In this document: positions 18,515-28,045 of the stretch, piece after piece | How positions within the stretch are numbered: the first letter of the stretch is position 1 | Layout: every line of letters starts with the position of its first letter | From: an uncultured Candidatus Peribacteria bacterium | GTDB taxonomy: Bacteria > Patescibacteriota > Gracilibacteria > UM-FILTER-43-11 | Direction of reading: 5' to 3' | DNA length: 35,027 nt | NCBI GenBank assembly: GCA_964538225.1 | Contig: CAZIDW010000003.1 | Coordinates: forward strand, 1-35,027 | The notes under the pieces: model-generated | What the model was told of the DNA's origin: nothing | The model's database searches: none | The model's input: only the letters and a program-made list of their open reading frames with translations | Program-made: the position numbers and the translations under genes

Positions 18515-19540
18515 ATGCGTATTATAATAGGATTAGCTTCACTGAGCCTGTTAGCTTTAAGCATCATCGCTATTATGACCCAAAAACCAACGTCCGGACC
18601 GTCTGATTTTTCTACTGCCACTTTTGCCGGCGGGTGCTTCTGGTGCATGGAACCGGCTTTCCAGGAAGCGGACGGAGTCCTCGACACGGTGACGGGGTAC
18701 GCGGGCGGTACAAAAGAAAATCCGACTTATGAAGAAGTGCGCACCGGAACCACCGGCCACCGCGAAGCCGTGCAGGTGACATATGACCCGGCCAAAATTT
18801 CTTATGAACAGTTACTGGACATTTTCTGGCGCCGGATCGACCCGACCGATGCGGGCGGGCAGTTCGCTGACCGGGGAACGCAGTACCAGACAGCCATTTT
18901 TTACCACGATAATGAGCAGAAACAGCTGGCTGAACAATCCAAAAAAGAACTGGGTGAATCAGATAAATTCGATAAACCGATCGTAACGGACATCCTGCCG
19001 TTCACGAATTTTTATGAGGCTGAAGCCTATCATCAGGATTACTACCAAAAGCAGGCTGACCGATACAAACAGTATAAAAAAGCGTCCGGTCGGCAGGAGT
19101 TTATTGACAGTATGTGGGGGAAAGAAGATTTAAAAAGCCGGCTGACTTCCCTGCAGTACGAGGTCACACAGGAATGCGGCACGGAACCCCCTTTTAAAAA
19201 CGAGTACTGGGATGAAAAACGCGACGGCATTTATGTGGATATCATTTCGGGGGAGCCTCTGTTCAGCTCCAAAGACAAATTCGAATCCGGCACCGGGTGG
19301 CCGAGCTTCACCAAACCATTGATGCAGGAAAATATTGTGGAAAAAGAGGATACGACACTTGGTATGACGCGCACGGAAGTGAAGAGCAAAGAGGCAGGGT
19401 CGCATTTAGGACATGTGTTTGACGACGGCCCCGACCCGACCGGCCAGCGCTACTGCATCAATTCGGCTTCACTTCGTTTTATTCCGAAAGAAGATCTGGA
19501 GAAGGAAGGGTATCCGGAATATTTGAAAATTTTTGAATAA
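18515..19540 (+). CDS. msrAB: bifunctional methionine sulfoxide reductase MsrA-MsrB with N-terminal signal/anchor
   Basis: FAGGCFWC and AEAYHQDYY (MsrA); [29 protein letters not shown] (MsrB); hydrophobic N-terminus. Confidence 0.95.
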   Translation: MRIIIGLASLSLLALSIIAIMTQKPTSGPSDFSTATFAGGCFWCMEPAFQEADGVLDTVTGYAGGTKENPTYEEVRTGTTGHREAVQVTYDPAKISYEQLLDIFWRRIDPTDAGGQFADRGTQYQTAIFYHDNEQKQLAEQSKKELGESDKFDKPIVTDILPFTNFYEAEAYHQDYYQKQADRYKQYKKASGRQEFIDSMWGKEDLKSRLTSLQYEVTQECGTEPPFKNEYWDEKRDGIYVDIISGEPLFSSKDKFESGTGWPSFTKPLMQENIVEKEDTTLGMTRTEVKSKEAGSHLGHVFDDGPDPTGQRYCINSASLRFIPKEDLEKEGYPEYLKIFE

Positions 19541-19845
19541 TGTTTAAACGGCTCATTGCCTTTTTGATTTTTTTCGCCTTTTCATTACGCGGAATTTATA
19601 TGAGCGTTAAAACCATCTGCGATGGGTATCAGGTGCGTTTTGGAGGCGAAAACTGTGTTCAGTCGCTGATGGTTTCCATCGAGTCAATCGAAACTGCTGT
19701 TCAGAAAAAAAATAACGCGCTATGGGCGCTCAGCCAGCTGGAACGGGAAGCATCCCTGCCGTTTTTATATGAACTTAAAGAGCAGAAAAACAATGGCTCA
19801 GGCACATATCGTTTGCTGTTTATACGAAGATGGTCAGTGTTATAA
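19540..19845 (+). CDS. hypothetical membrane-anchored HEAT-like protein, possibly degenerate
   Basis: TAATG coupling to msrAB; N-terminal TM; NALWALSQL..EASLPFL resembles a HEAT/PBS repeat; C-terminus looks unstructured. Confidence 0.45.
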   Translation: MFKRLIAFLIFFAFSLRGIYMSVKTICDGYQVRFGGENCVQSLMVSIESIETAVQKKNNALWALSQLEREASLPFLYELKEQKNNGSGTYRLLFIRRWSVL

Positions 19846-20124
19846 TATCCCCTGAGCGAAACGAAGTGAAACCGAATGGGGGCAACACTGGCAATTTTGG
19901 GTGGAGCGTTGCCTCGTAGGTAGTGGCAACGGAACCGTATAAACAGCTGTTGTGGGATGTAGTGTAAAAATCTTTCTCTAATCCTAAATAGAGTCATTGT
20001 TGTATCATCCTGAAAACTTCCTGCCCGGAGGCAGGGCTATCAAACGTTAGCGGAAGTGCTAGTGTTTAATTATTGATAAATAAGCCATTTTTTGGTATAA
20101 TAATAAGATACCTAAAAAGCAAAA

Positions 20125-21444
20125 ATGAAATATCAAGACAAATGGCCAAATGAACTTTGGTGTGGTGATAATATGGAAGTACTCAAAAACATTCCTGATG
20201 AAAGTGTAGATTTGATATATATCGATCCACCTTTTTTTAGCAATAGACATTACGAAGTCATTTGGGGCAATGGCGCTGAGCTTAGATCATTTGGTGATCG
20301 CTGGAAAGGAGGAATTAATCACTATGTTTCTTGGATGAGAGAAAGAATTGAAGAATTGCATAGAATACTTAAACCAACTGGCTTCATCTTTGTCCATCTT
20401 GATTGGCATGCTAGTCATTACATCAAGGTTGAAATGGATGATATTTTCGAGATTGAAAATTTTCGAAATGAAATAATTTGGTCCTACAACGGAAAGGGTT
20501 TGTCAAATGTGAAGAAGAATTTTGTTAAATATCATGCGAACATTCTCTTTTATTCTAAAAGTGATGACTTTGAATTAAATAACAGAATACCGATTGTAAC
20601 TGATTCAGTTCAAAAAAGATGGGGCAGATATTTAAATGAGGACAATAAGATTACTTTTGGCGCCCTAAAGGCTGGCAATGAACATTCTGAGCTCCGAAAG
20701 GCAACAAAAAGCTTTATAAGAAACAATGGGTGTGAACCAAATGATAATGATATAGCAGTAGATTATGGGAAAGGAGCTTATTTAAAAGATATTTGGGACG
20801 ATATTCCGATTGTTAGGGAGAATAAAAAATATGATGAATATATTGGATATCCAACACAAAAACCATTAAAGCTCTTAGAGCGTATAATAAAGGCAACAAC
20901 CAAGAAAGGAGATGTCGTACTGGATGCCTTTTGTGGATGTGGAACTACACTTGTTGCAGCCGAAAATCTAGGCAGAAAGTGGATTGGTATTGATGTCTCA
21001 CCGATTGCTGTCCAAGTAATGGAAGAAAGATTAAAGGACAATGATATTAATAATTTTATAACTTATGGTTTGCCACAGAATACAATTGCCACATTGAGAG
21101 AGATGGATGGTTTTGAGTTTGAAGATTGGATTATTCAACAAATTGACGGTAAGCCTTCAGCTCGACAAGTCCATGATTATGGCATAGATGGCTATACAAA
21201 AGACAATTTACCTGTGCAGGTTAAAAATTGGGGTCATAACGTTGGTAGAAATGTAATCGATAATTTCCAATCAGCTATTAGAAGGGATAATAAGAAGGGT
21301 GGTGAAATATATTCTTTTGGATTTGTAAAAAACGCCGTTGAAGAAGTGGCAAGTATTGAAAAAAAACACGGCCTAGAAATTAGACTTATTGAAATTGAGA
21401 AATTCCTGATTGCGAAATACGGCGATCATACACATCGAAAATAG
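20125..21444 (+). CDS. N6/N4 DNA methyltransferase (beta class) fused to an Mrr-like endonuclease domain
   Basis: DPPF precedes YPTQKP and FCGCGTT; C-terminal FEFE...DYGIDG...VQVK; AT-rich. Confidence 0.88.
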   Translation: MKYQDKWPNELWCGDNMEVLKNIPDESVDLIYIDPPFFSNRHYEVIWGNGAELRSFGDRWKGGINHYVSWMRERIEELHRILKPTGFIFVHLDWHASHYIKVEMDDIFEIENFRNEIIWSYNGKGLSNVKKNFVKYHANILFYSKSDDFELNNRIPIVTDSVQKRWGRYLNEDNKITFGALKAGNEHSELRKATKSFIRNNGCEPNDNDIAVDYGKGAYLKDIWDDIPIVRENKKYDEYIGYPTQKPLKLLERIIKATTKKGDVVLDAFCGCGTTLVAAENLGRKWIGIDVSPIAVQVMEERLKDNDINNFITYGLPQNTIATLREMDGFEFEDWIIQQIDGKPSARQVHDYGIDGYTKDNLPVQVKNWGHNVGRNVIDNFQSAIRRDNKKGGEIYSFGFVKNAVEEVASIEKKHGLEIRLIEIEKFLIAKYGDHTHRK

Positions 21445-21634
21445 GTTGCTCATTTTTTACTAATTCGTAAGCGCCCTTAATATATTCTGCAAGGTTATCT
21501 TGTTTGTGAAATTTTAAATAATTTGTCCTTACGCCCATACGTCTAAATTTATCCACATGCGATTCATGCCACTCCAGTAAAGCGAGCATTTGAGTAGGTG
21601 TTAGTTCGACGAGATACTTGCATTCTTTTTGCAT
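21386..21634 (-). CDS. hypothetical protein
   Basis: 82-aa ATG ORF in the AT-rich island; 59-nt convergent overlap with the MTase gene; no motif. Confidence 0.3.
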   Translation of the reverse strand: MQKECKYLVELTPTQMLALLEWHESHVDKFRRMGVRTNYLKFHKQDNLAEYIKGAYELVKNEQPIFDVYDRRISQSGISQFQ

Positions 21635-21728
21635 GACAAAAAATTAATTATAGGGAGAAAGCTTAGTACGATTAGGGTATTTAGTCAATGGAATGGTAAA
21701 ATAATTATGTTTTCAAATTTATGCAAAT

Positions 21729-22439
21729 ATGTTTTTTACAAAAGATGACGAAGAAAATAGCATAAAGAAGCAAGCTGTTATTTATGTCAAACAACATAAG
21801 CAGAAAATATTGGCGAGATTTGCTAATGATCAAATTTGCGAACAGCAAGATGAACCTATTTCCATTTTTATGGCAGGCTCACCAGGTGCGGGGAAAACCG
21901 AATTTTCAAAAAATTTATTAAAAAAGGCAGGTTTTAATGCTGTGCGCATAGACGCAGATGAAATTAAAGAAATTATTCCTCAATACAATGGAGAAAATTC
22001 CACACAAGTTCAAGGCGCCTCTGCATTAGGAGTTCAGTATTTATTTGATTATGTTTTGCAGAAGCAAAAGAGTCTAATATTGGATGGTACATTTGCTGAT
22101 TTTGATATTTCATGTAAGAATATTGAACGGTCGATTAAAAGAGGGAGGCCGACTGAAATATATTACATTTATCAAGACCCTCTAATCGCATGGCAGTTTA
22201 CAAAGGTAAGAGAGGTTCTTGAGGGACGTTTTGTGCCAAAAGTACTCTTTGTTAATTCTCTATTTCAAGCTAAGGAGAATGTAAATAGGATAAAGAAAAT
22301 TTTTGGAGAAAAGGTTAAGATCCATGTCGTAATAAAAGACTTTGAACACAAGTTGCAAAAATTCCATTTAAATGTCGGAAATATTGACAATCATTTAAAA
22401 ATAAGCTATAATAAAGAATCCCTATATAAAAAATTATGA
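21729..22439 (+). CDS. zeta toxin family P-loop kinase
   Basis: 236 aa; MAGSPGAGKT Walker A, RIDAD, ILDGT, R...EGR.VP. Confidence 0.88.
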   Translation: MFFTKDDEENSIKKQAVIYVKQHKQKILARFANDQICEQQDEPISIFMAGSPGAGKTEFSKNLLKKAGFNAVRIDADEIKEIIPQYNGENSTQVQGASALGVQYLFDYVLQKQKSLILDGTFADFDISCKNIERSIKRGRPTEIYYIYQDPLIAWQFTKVREVLEGRFVPKVLFVNSLFQAKENVNRIKKIFGEKVKIHVVIKDFEHKLQKFHLNVGNIDNHLKISYNKESLYKKL

Positions 22440-22588
22440 ACGCTTCAAACTTCACTTCATTGCCGGCAAGAGAAAAAAAGAAGATTGTTAAATCGGCGAT
22501 TCAAGGTGCCAACAGAGATCAGCGAGCTTTAATGGAGCGATTTGAGAAAACTGTTGGTTCTAAGGTATTTAAAAAAAATTCAAAGTAA
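22436..22588 (+). CDS. 50-aa protein coupled to the zeta toxin (not in the ORF track)
   Basis: ATGA overlap; MNASNFTSLPAREKKKIVKSAIQGANRDQRALMERFEKTVGSKVFKKNSK. Confidence 0.65.
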   Translation: MNASNFTSLPAREKKKIVKSAIQGANRDQRALMERFEKTVGSKVFKKNSK

Positions 22589-22778
22589 TCTTGGGGATTA
22601 GAATATTTTCGATGTAGGTTTTTAATTTATTCAAAATTGATACAACAATGATTCCCTCTAAATAAAGGAGAGAAATTTTTACACTATGTACCACATCTCT
22701 CTGATATACTACTGAATCGCGTCATCCGATTTTTAAAGGGGTGGACGCTGACCAAATGGATGTATAAAGACCTGTAAT

Positions 22779-23072
22779 ATGCGACTCAAATATAACCTGT
22801 CCGGCTGTGAATCCCTGGAATCTAAACCGCTGGACAGCGGTGAAATACTTCATATCGTAAAATTTAAAGACCGGAACGCCCATCCGCCGCGTGAAGTCTT
22901 CCAGTTGTGCTGTGCGGGGGAAGGAGGAAGTTTTCGGATGCCTTTTCCGGACAACGCCCGCCATTACCGACTGTGTGAGATCGTAGAGATGTACCGGGCC
23001 ATCCATACCCGTGAGGATGTGATGGCAACCCTCCGCCAAATACAGGGGAAATGCAGACGCAGTCAGGATTAA
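22779..23072 (+). CDS. hypothetical protein
   Basis: 97-aa ATG ORF filling the gap before asnS; no motif. Confidence 0.45.
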   Translation: MRLKYNLSGCESLESKPLDSGEILHIVKFKDRNAHPPREVFQLCCAGEGGSFRMPFPDNARHYRLCEIVEMYRAIHTREDVMATLRQIQGKCRRSQD

Positions 23073-23123
23073 GCTGGTCGTTTGAGAGGTTTTTTGATAT
23101 GGTTTTCGAGGACTTTATTTTTA

Positions 23124-23153
23124 CCTAGTCCTTAGTTCTTAGTCCTTAGTCCT
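23124..23153. repeat. CTTAGTC heptamer array abutting the asnS ATG
   Basis: cctagtc-cttagtt-cttagtc-cttagtc-ct-ATG. Confidence 0.85.
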
Positions 23154-24455
23154 ATGATAACAAGAATTGCAGACGCCAAAAATCATGTTGATAAACAAGC
23201 CACCATCCAGGGCTGGATGTACAACAAACGGGAAGCCGGGGGCGGCAGTTTGTTTTTTCTGCAATTGCGGGATGGCAGTGGGTTCATGCAGGGGGTGGTA
23301 AGCCAGAATGACGTCAGCGAGGAAGCTTTTAAAAAAGCGCAGAATATCCAGATGGAATCCACGTGCCGAGTCACTGGCACTATTACCCAGCACCCAAAAA
23401 AAGAAGATGTGTTTGAACTGCAGGTAACGGATATCGAGACTCTCCACCACCCCCCGGAGGAATACCCCATCAGCAAAAAGGAACACGGGCCGGATTTCCT
23501 GCTGGACAATCGGCACCTGTGGCTCAGGAGCAATAAACAATGGGCCATCCAGCGCGTGCGCAATACCATCATCAACGCGACATATGAATACCTGAATAAC
23601 GAAGGGTTCATTAAAATCGATTCCCCTATTCTAACGCCCAGCGCGTGCGAGGGAACGACGGAACTTTTTGAAGTGCCCTATTTTGAAGAAGGCAGCGCGT
23701 ATCTCACGCAATCCGGCCAGCTGTATCTGGAGGCGGCCATCATGAGCCACGGGCGGGTGTTTGATTTCGGTCCGGTCTTCCGCGCGGAAAAAAGCAAGAC
23801 CCGGCGGCACCTGACTGAATTCTGGATGATGGACGCGGAAGCCGCGTTCTGCGACCACGAGGAAAACCTGAAAATACAGGAAGAACTCATCTGCCATATC
23901 CTTAAAAAGGTGCTTGAGCTTAACCGGAAAGAACTGGCAATCCTGGAGCGGGACACGGAACCGCTGGAAAAAATCCAGGCGCCGTTCATCCGTAAAACCC
24001 ATGCCGAGGCAGTGGAAGAACTGCGGAAAATGGGGTCCGACATCCAGCCCGACCATGACCTGGGCGCGGATGATGAAACGATCCTGACTGAAAAATACGA
24101 CCAGCCCATCTTTGTGGAAAAGTATCCGGCGGAAGTGAAGGCGTTTTACATGAAACGCGACCCGGAAGACGACAGCCGGGCCCTGTGCGCCGACCTGCTG
24201 GCACCGGAAGGGTATGGCGAGATCATCGGCGGCAGTCAGCGCGAAGACGATTACGATGAACTGTTAAAACGGATCAAAGAACACAAACTCGACCCCACGG
24301 TGTTCAACTGGTATCTGGATCTGCGAAAATACGGCACGGTCCCTCACAGCGGGTTCGGTTACGGGCTGGAGCGCATCACCGGTTGGATCACGGGTGTTCA
24401 CCATATCCGCGAGACGATTCCTTTCCCACGGCTGATTAACCGGCTAAAGCCTTAA
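23154..24455 (+). CDS. asnS: asparagine--tRNA ligase
   Basis: 433 aa; OB fold (F.QLRDGSG), RHLWLR, ACEG, YLTQSGQLY.E, FRAEKSKTRRHLTEFWM, PHSGFGYGLER. Confidence 0.96.
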   Translation: MITRIADAKNHVDKQATIQGWMYNKREAGGGSLFFLQLRDGSGFMQGVVSQNDVSEEAFKKAQNIQMESTCRVTGTITQHPKKEDVFELQVTDIETLHHPPEEYPISKKEHGPDFLLDNRHLWLRSNKQWAIQRVRNTIINATYEYLNNEGFIKIDSPILTPSACEGTTELFEVPYFEEGSAYLTQSGQLYLEAAIMSHGRVFDFGPVFRAEKSKTRRHLTEFWMMDAEAAFCDHEENLKIQEELICHILKKVLELNRKELAILERDTEPLEKIQAPFIRKTHAEAVEELRKMGSDIQPDHDLGADDETILTEKYDQPIFVEKYPAEVKAFYMKRDPEDDSRALCADLLAPEGYGEIIGGSQREDDYDELLKRIKEHKLDPTVFNWYLDLRKYGTVPHSGFGYGLERITGWITGVHHIRETIPFPRLINRLKP

Positions 24456-25433
24456 TTAGCGTGGTTTGCGGGTGGGGATGCCTGTGACTCTTATCATATC
24501 TTCATCGGAAGGCCTTTTTCTATCTACAGTGCCTTCTTCTTCATTTCCTGTAATTATATTGCCTCCTTCTAAATCCGTATCGCTGAAATCTGCGACAGAA
24601 ATAGGGATTTCACTATCCACCTCACCCATCGTGTGCATCCAAGCTTCTCCATCCTCCATATCTCTGCCTTCGGCACGATGCCTTTCAATATAGTTTTTAA
24701 TCGCCTGATCTGTTACATCAGTCCATCCTGTATTAAGAATTTCCGGATGCACAATGGCTAAAGTGCTGTTTAACATAAACTCTTCATAAGGACTCAAACC
24801 TAATCTTTCCGGTTTTTTTTCGTCTTCTTCGGAGAGATCTAAGGGGTCGAAAGGTCCCATTTTTTCTGCCTCTCCAGCGTCAGCCATCCGTACACCCCCC
24901 TCCCTTTCTTTCGGCACCAGAGGAGCTGTAGGGATGAAATTTTCATGTTTATCCACATAGGCTTCGCTGAAATAAGGCTGTTCTTTTGATGGGGTCGTCA
25001 GGAGCTTATGGACCTTATCCCATGTCTCCGGTTCGCGGATATTTAATTTTTTATCGGCTAAAATCTGTTTGATTTTCGGAGATATTTTTGGATCATAAGC
25101 GCTTTCAAAGGCCAATAAAGCTTCACCTTTAAGCCCGTTTTCCACCAGTTTTTTCCTCAATTTTACTTTTTTTCTTTCAACTTCTTTTGTTTCTTCAACT
25201 TTGCTTTTCTGTTTAGCTAATTTTGTCTGCGTTTGCATTCTAGCGCCATGTGTTTCTTCACGTGGAATAGCTAAGTCGGCCCTTTTTGCTTTTTCTTTTG
25301 CTGCTTTTCGTGTTTTCTGACTCATTTCAGCTACTTTTTCCGCGGCTGATTTGTTGTCTGTTTTTTCAATGGGCTCTCCCTGCCTTTCTTTTTTAGCAGG
25401 AGGGCTGGGTTTGTGGTTTGGTGTTTCAAGCAT
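24456..25433 (-). CDS. hypothetical charged protein
   Basis: 325-aa ORF, basic N-half and acidic C-half; stop abuts the asnS stop. Confidence 0.7.
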   Translation of the reverse strand: MLETPNHKPSPPAKKERQGEPIEKTDNKSAAEKVAEMSQKTRKAAKEKAKRADLAIPREETHGARMQTQTKLAKQKSKVEETKEVERKKVKLRKKLVENGLKGEALLAFESAYDPKISPKIKQILADKKLNIREPETWDKVHKLLTTPSKEQPYFSEAYVDKHENFIPTAPLVPKEREGGVRMADAGEAEKMGPFDPLDLSEEDEKKPERLGLSPYEEFMLNSTLAIVHPEILNTGWTDVTDQAIKNYIERHRAEGRDMEDGEAWMHTMGEVDSEIPISVADFSDTDLEGGNIITGNEEEGTVDRKRPSDEDMIRVTGIPTRKPR

Positions 25434-25494
25434 GATATTAATTTTTTATTTATATATCTTAAAATTATACCATATTTAAAAATTAATGGCAATA

Positions 25495-25517
25495 CTTCGA
25501 CTTCGCTCAGTATGACA
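25495..25517. repeat. single REP-like half repeat
   Basis: Reverse complement tgtcatactgagcgaagtcgaag resembles the widespread gtcatNctgagcgaagtcgaag repeat type (recall); only one copy here. Confidence 0.45.
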
Positions 25518-25524
25518 ATTTGTT

Positions 25525-25908
25525 TTATTTGATCCACACCTCTCTTTCCCTTGGCCCGTCAAAATCGCAGAAATATATGGTCTGCCATTCACCCAATTTC
25601 AATTTTCCTTCTTCTACAAATACCTGAACCGACGAACCAATGAGGGAAGATTTGATGTGCGCGTCTGAATTTCCTTCCTGATGATCATACTCTAAGTCGA
25701 GTGGAACTAAGTCGTTCAGCCGCCGAAGGATGTCGCGCTGGACCGCCGGATCATCGCTTTCGTTGATCAGAATGCCTGCCGTGGTATGCGGGCAGTAAAC
25801 GGTAACAATTCCGTCTTCCAGTCGCATATCCGCGACGGCTTTTTGGACGTCGTCTGTGATGTTATTTATTACGGTTCTGCCTTTGGTGGAGATTGTGAGG
25901 GTTTTCAT
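25525..25908 (-). CDS. yjbQ: YjbQ/UPF0047 family protein (secondary thiamine-phosphate synthase)
   Basis: HTTAG..INE..DP, H.EGNSDAHIKSSL, LG.WQ.IYFCDFDGPR.R. Confidence 0.95.
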   Translation of the reverse strand: MKTLTISTKGRTVINNITDDVQKAVADMRLEDGIVTVYCPHTTAGILINESDDPAVQRDILRRLNDLVPLDLEYDHQEGNSDAHIKSSLIGSSVQVFVEEGKLKLGEWQTIYFCDFDGPREREVWIK

Positions 25909-25926
25909 GGTTATTTGATTAGTTAA

Positions 25927-26120
25927 TTTTCTTTTCTTTTGTTTATTTTTCTTTTCTTCCCCTTATAATCCTGACCCCCCAACCCTTTTTTGCTCCCCTT
26001 ATTAGGGGAATTAAGGGGTTGGGCCCCAGGTGAGTATATACACGCCCCTTCATTCTGGGGTTAGAGGGGAAAGAGAAGAAGGACAAAAGAAAGTAAATAA
26101 AGAAAAGAGAAGAAAGAAAA
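25927..26120. repeat. long imperfect inverted repeat with pyrimidine and purine arms
   Basis: T/C-rich arm 25927-25963 pairs with A/G-rich arm 26066-26120; inner tcccctt-att-aggggaa hairpin. Confidence 0.6.
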
Positions 26121-26217
26121 ACTTGCTCTTGACTTTTAATACAACATTACTATAAAGTGATTTTCCTGATTTGTATATAAGTATCTAATCGAATTTTTTG
26201 TATCCTAACTGAATTTT

Positions 26218-26553
26218 ATGTATCAAAAGAAACTGAGTTTTATTCACAAATTCCTCCTAAAGCATTGCCCGACCGTGGCTATGCGGCTTTTTGCAAAAAA
26301 CATAGGCATTAAAAATATTATTTTCGACAAAGCCCATGAGGCTCTTTTTAATACGGAGCGGATTGATTTTTTCCCGACAATCGGCGGCCGGGGCCTTATT
26401 ATGGTCATCGATTGCAAGACAGCGCTTTTTTTCTATCAGAAAGGCGACCATTTTCTATATGACGGCTATGAAATGGGGCCATATAACAAGGGAGATGTGA
26501 GGATTTTTGATAATATCAAAAAAGACGCACCGATGTACCCATGTGACAATTAA
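26218..26553 (+). CDS. hypothetical protein
   Basis: 111-aa ATG ORF, first of a tightly spaced co-oriented cluster. Confidence 0.65.
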   Translation: MYQKKLSFIHKFLLKHCPTVAMRLFAKNIGIKNIIFDKAHEALFNTERIDFFPTIGGRGLIMVIDCKTALFFYQKGDHFLYDGYEMGPYNKGDVRIFDNIKKDAPMYPCDN

Positions 26554-26573
26554 TTATTTAATCTATAACCAAT

Positions 26574-26798
26574 ATGGCTATGGCTAAAAGAGGTTTAAAA
26601 AAAGATGATGGGTATCATGATGACTGCCCTATCTGTCAGACCATGAAGAAAATGGGCATCAGACAAAAGGCTGTTGATATTGATGGTCCTACCTATATCA
26701 CCCCTGTCCATCCTAAACAGGCAGAAGCATTAAAAGCCGCCTTTAAAAAAGCGAAAGAACAAGGAGGAATAGTCGGAGGGCCATTCTTTGCACCTTAA
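26574..26798 (+). CDS. small CxxC protein
   Basis: 74 aa with HDDCPICQ. Confidence 0.65.
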   Translation: MAMAKRGLKKDDGYHDDCPICQTMKKMGIRQKAVDIDGPTYITPVHPKQAEALKAAFKKAKEQGGIVGGPFFAP

Positions 26799-26811
26799 AT
26801 ACTTATCTATC

Positions 26812-27471
26812 ATGACAAGAGATGAAATAATTAAAAAACTCAAACAAGATTATGATTTTATGCCACCAGAGTGGTGGGAATGCCAGTGGAAAAGGATTCC
26901 CTGCAATAGTCCTGAGTGTATGTTGTGCGGAAAGATGTTAAAACAGCGTTTTAAGCATGAGATGAAAGGTGAAAATCCTGACAGTATGGAATCTGCCCTT
27001 CAGGACGTCGGGGATTCATTTGCCGAAATAAAATTTATGATAGAAGAAATGACAAAAGAAAAAGAGGTTGATCTGGACGCTATTGATGAATCTGAAATCA
27101 AACAGCCTCCTGACCATTGGGAACATCCCTTGTTCAAAAAAACTTACGAATGGGTAAAAAAATTACATCAATTTGCTGATCGGAACGCCCATGGATGGCA
27201 TCACACAGAAGCTGGTCAGGATCTAATGTGGTATGCAAACTTAATCCCCGCCAAAACCGGGCGCAATCTGAATAATCGATGGTTAATCGAAAATGATGAT
27301 CCGGATTATGGGATCGATTATGATTATCAGCATTACATTTTATCCAGCTGTATATCTATTGTCCAAAGTTCATTTGAAGAAATAATCTCCATGCATCTCC
27401 CATATAAAAATGAGCTTATTGAACTTTACAATGAACTTATAGCATTTAAAGACGACGTGCTTTCTATTTGA
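26812..27471 (+). CDS. hypothetical protein with N-terminal four-Cys motif
   Basis: ATG 26812 is in frame with the track ORF; WWECQWKRIPCNSPECMLCG. Confidence 0.75.
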   Translation: MTRDEIIKKLKQDYDFMPPEWWECQWKRIPCNSPECMLCGKMLKQRFKHEMKGENPDSMESALQDVGDSFAEIKFMIEEMTKEKEVDLDAIDESEIKQPPDHWEHPLFKKTYEWVKKLHQFADRNAHGWHHTEAGQDLMWYANLIPAKTGRNLNNRWLIENDDPDYGIDYDYQHYILSSCISIVQSSFEEIISMHLPYKNELIELYNELIAFKDDVLSI

Positions 27472-27527
27472 CATTTTTTAGCACGCATTAATATAATTGT
27501 AATACAAATTATTACTTATTATTACAA
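27468..27527 (+). promoter_or_regulatory. consensus promoter and probable TA operator
   Basis: TTGACA(27468)-N18-TATAAT(27492); inverted repeat ttgtaata (27497) / tattacaa (27520). Confidence 0.75.
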
Positions 27528-27531
27528 ACAA

Positions 27532-27753
27532 ATGCGTCAAATACTAAACATATCACTACCTATGAGCATGGTAAAAACGATAAAAAAAGAGGTTAAGAAA
27601 GGGGGATTCGCTTCTGTAAGCGAATTTATCCGGCATTTGATCCGTCTTTATAATACGGAAAAACTGGTTAAAGAATTAGAGGAATCACGTAAAGCATTCC
27701 AGCGAGGTGAAGGAAAAATTCTAAAATCTTTTAAAGATTTGGATAAAAATTAG
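27532..27753 (+). CDS. ribbon-helix-helix (CopG/ParD-like) antitoxin
   Basis: LNISLP....IKKEVKKGGFASVSEFIRHLIR; upstream of a RelE-like gene. Confidence 0.85.
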   Translation: MRQILNISLPMSMVKTIKKEVKKGGFASVSEFIRHLIRLYNTEKLVKELEESRKAFQRGEGKILKSFKDLDKN

Positions 27754-27785
27754 CAAATTGGTTTTCTGGGGATATTAAATAGTTT

Positions 27786-28043
27786 ATGGAAATATTTTTT
27801 GTAACGAAATTTAAGAGGCAATACAAAAAATTGCCAAAGCATATTAAAAAATCGTTAGCTGAAAAGGAGGCTGTCTTCCGCAAAAATCCTTTTCATCCAT
27901 CATTAAAAACACATAAGCTTCATGGAAGATTTAGTGGTTTCTGGGCTTTTTCTGCAGACTGTGAAACAAGAATAATTTTTGAATTTAAGACTAAAGAGAT
28001 CATTTGGGTCCATACTGTTGGCAAGCATGATATTTACGAATAA
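27786..28043 (+). CDS. RelE/YafQ-superfamily toxin
   Basis: 85 aa; FKRQYKKL, NPFHPSLKTHKLHG, WAFS, RIIF, VG.HDIY. Confidence 0.88.
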   Translation: MEIFFVTKFKRQYKKLPKHIKKSLAEKEAVFRKNPFHPSLKTHKLHGRFSGFWAFSADCETRIIFEFKTKEIIWVHTVGKHDIYE

Positions 28044-28045
28044 TA

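Noticed and set aside
20060-22720. Prophage or integrative element
   Set aside because: No integrase, phage genes, tRNA target or flanking direct repeats seen; only a composition shift.
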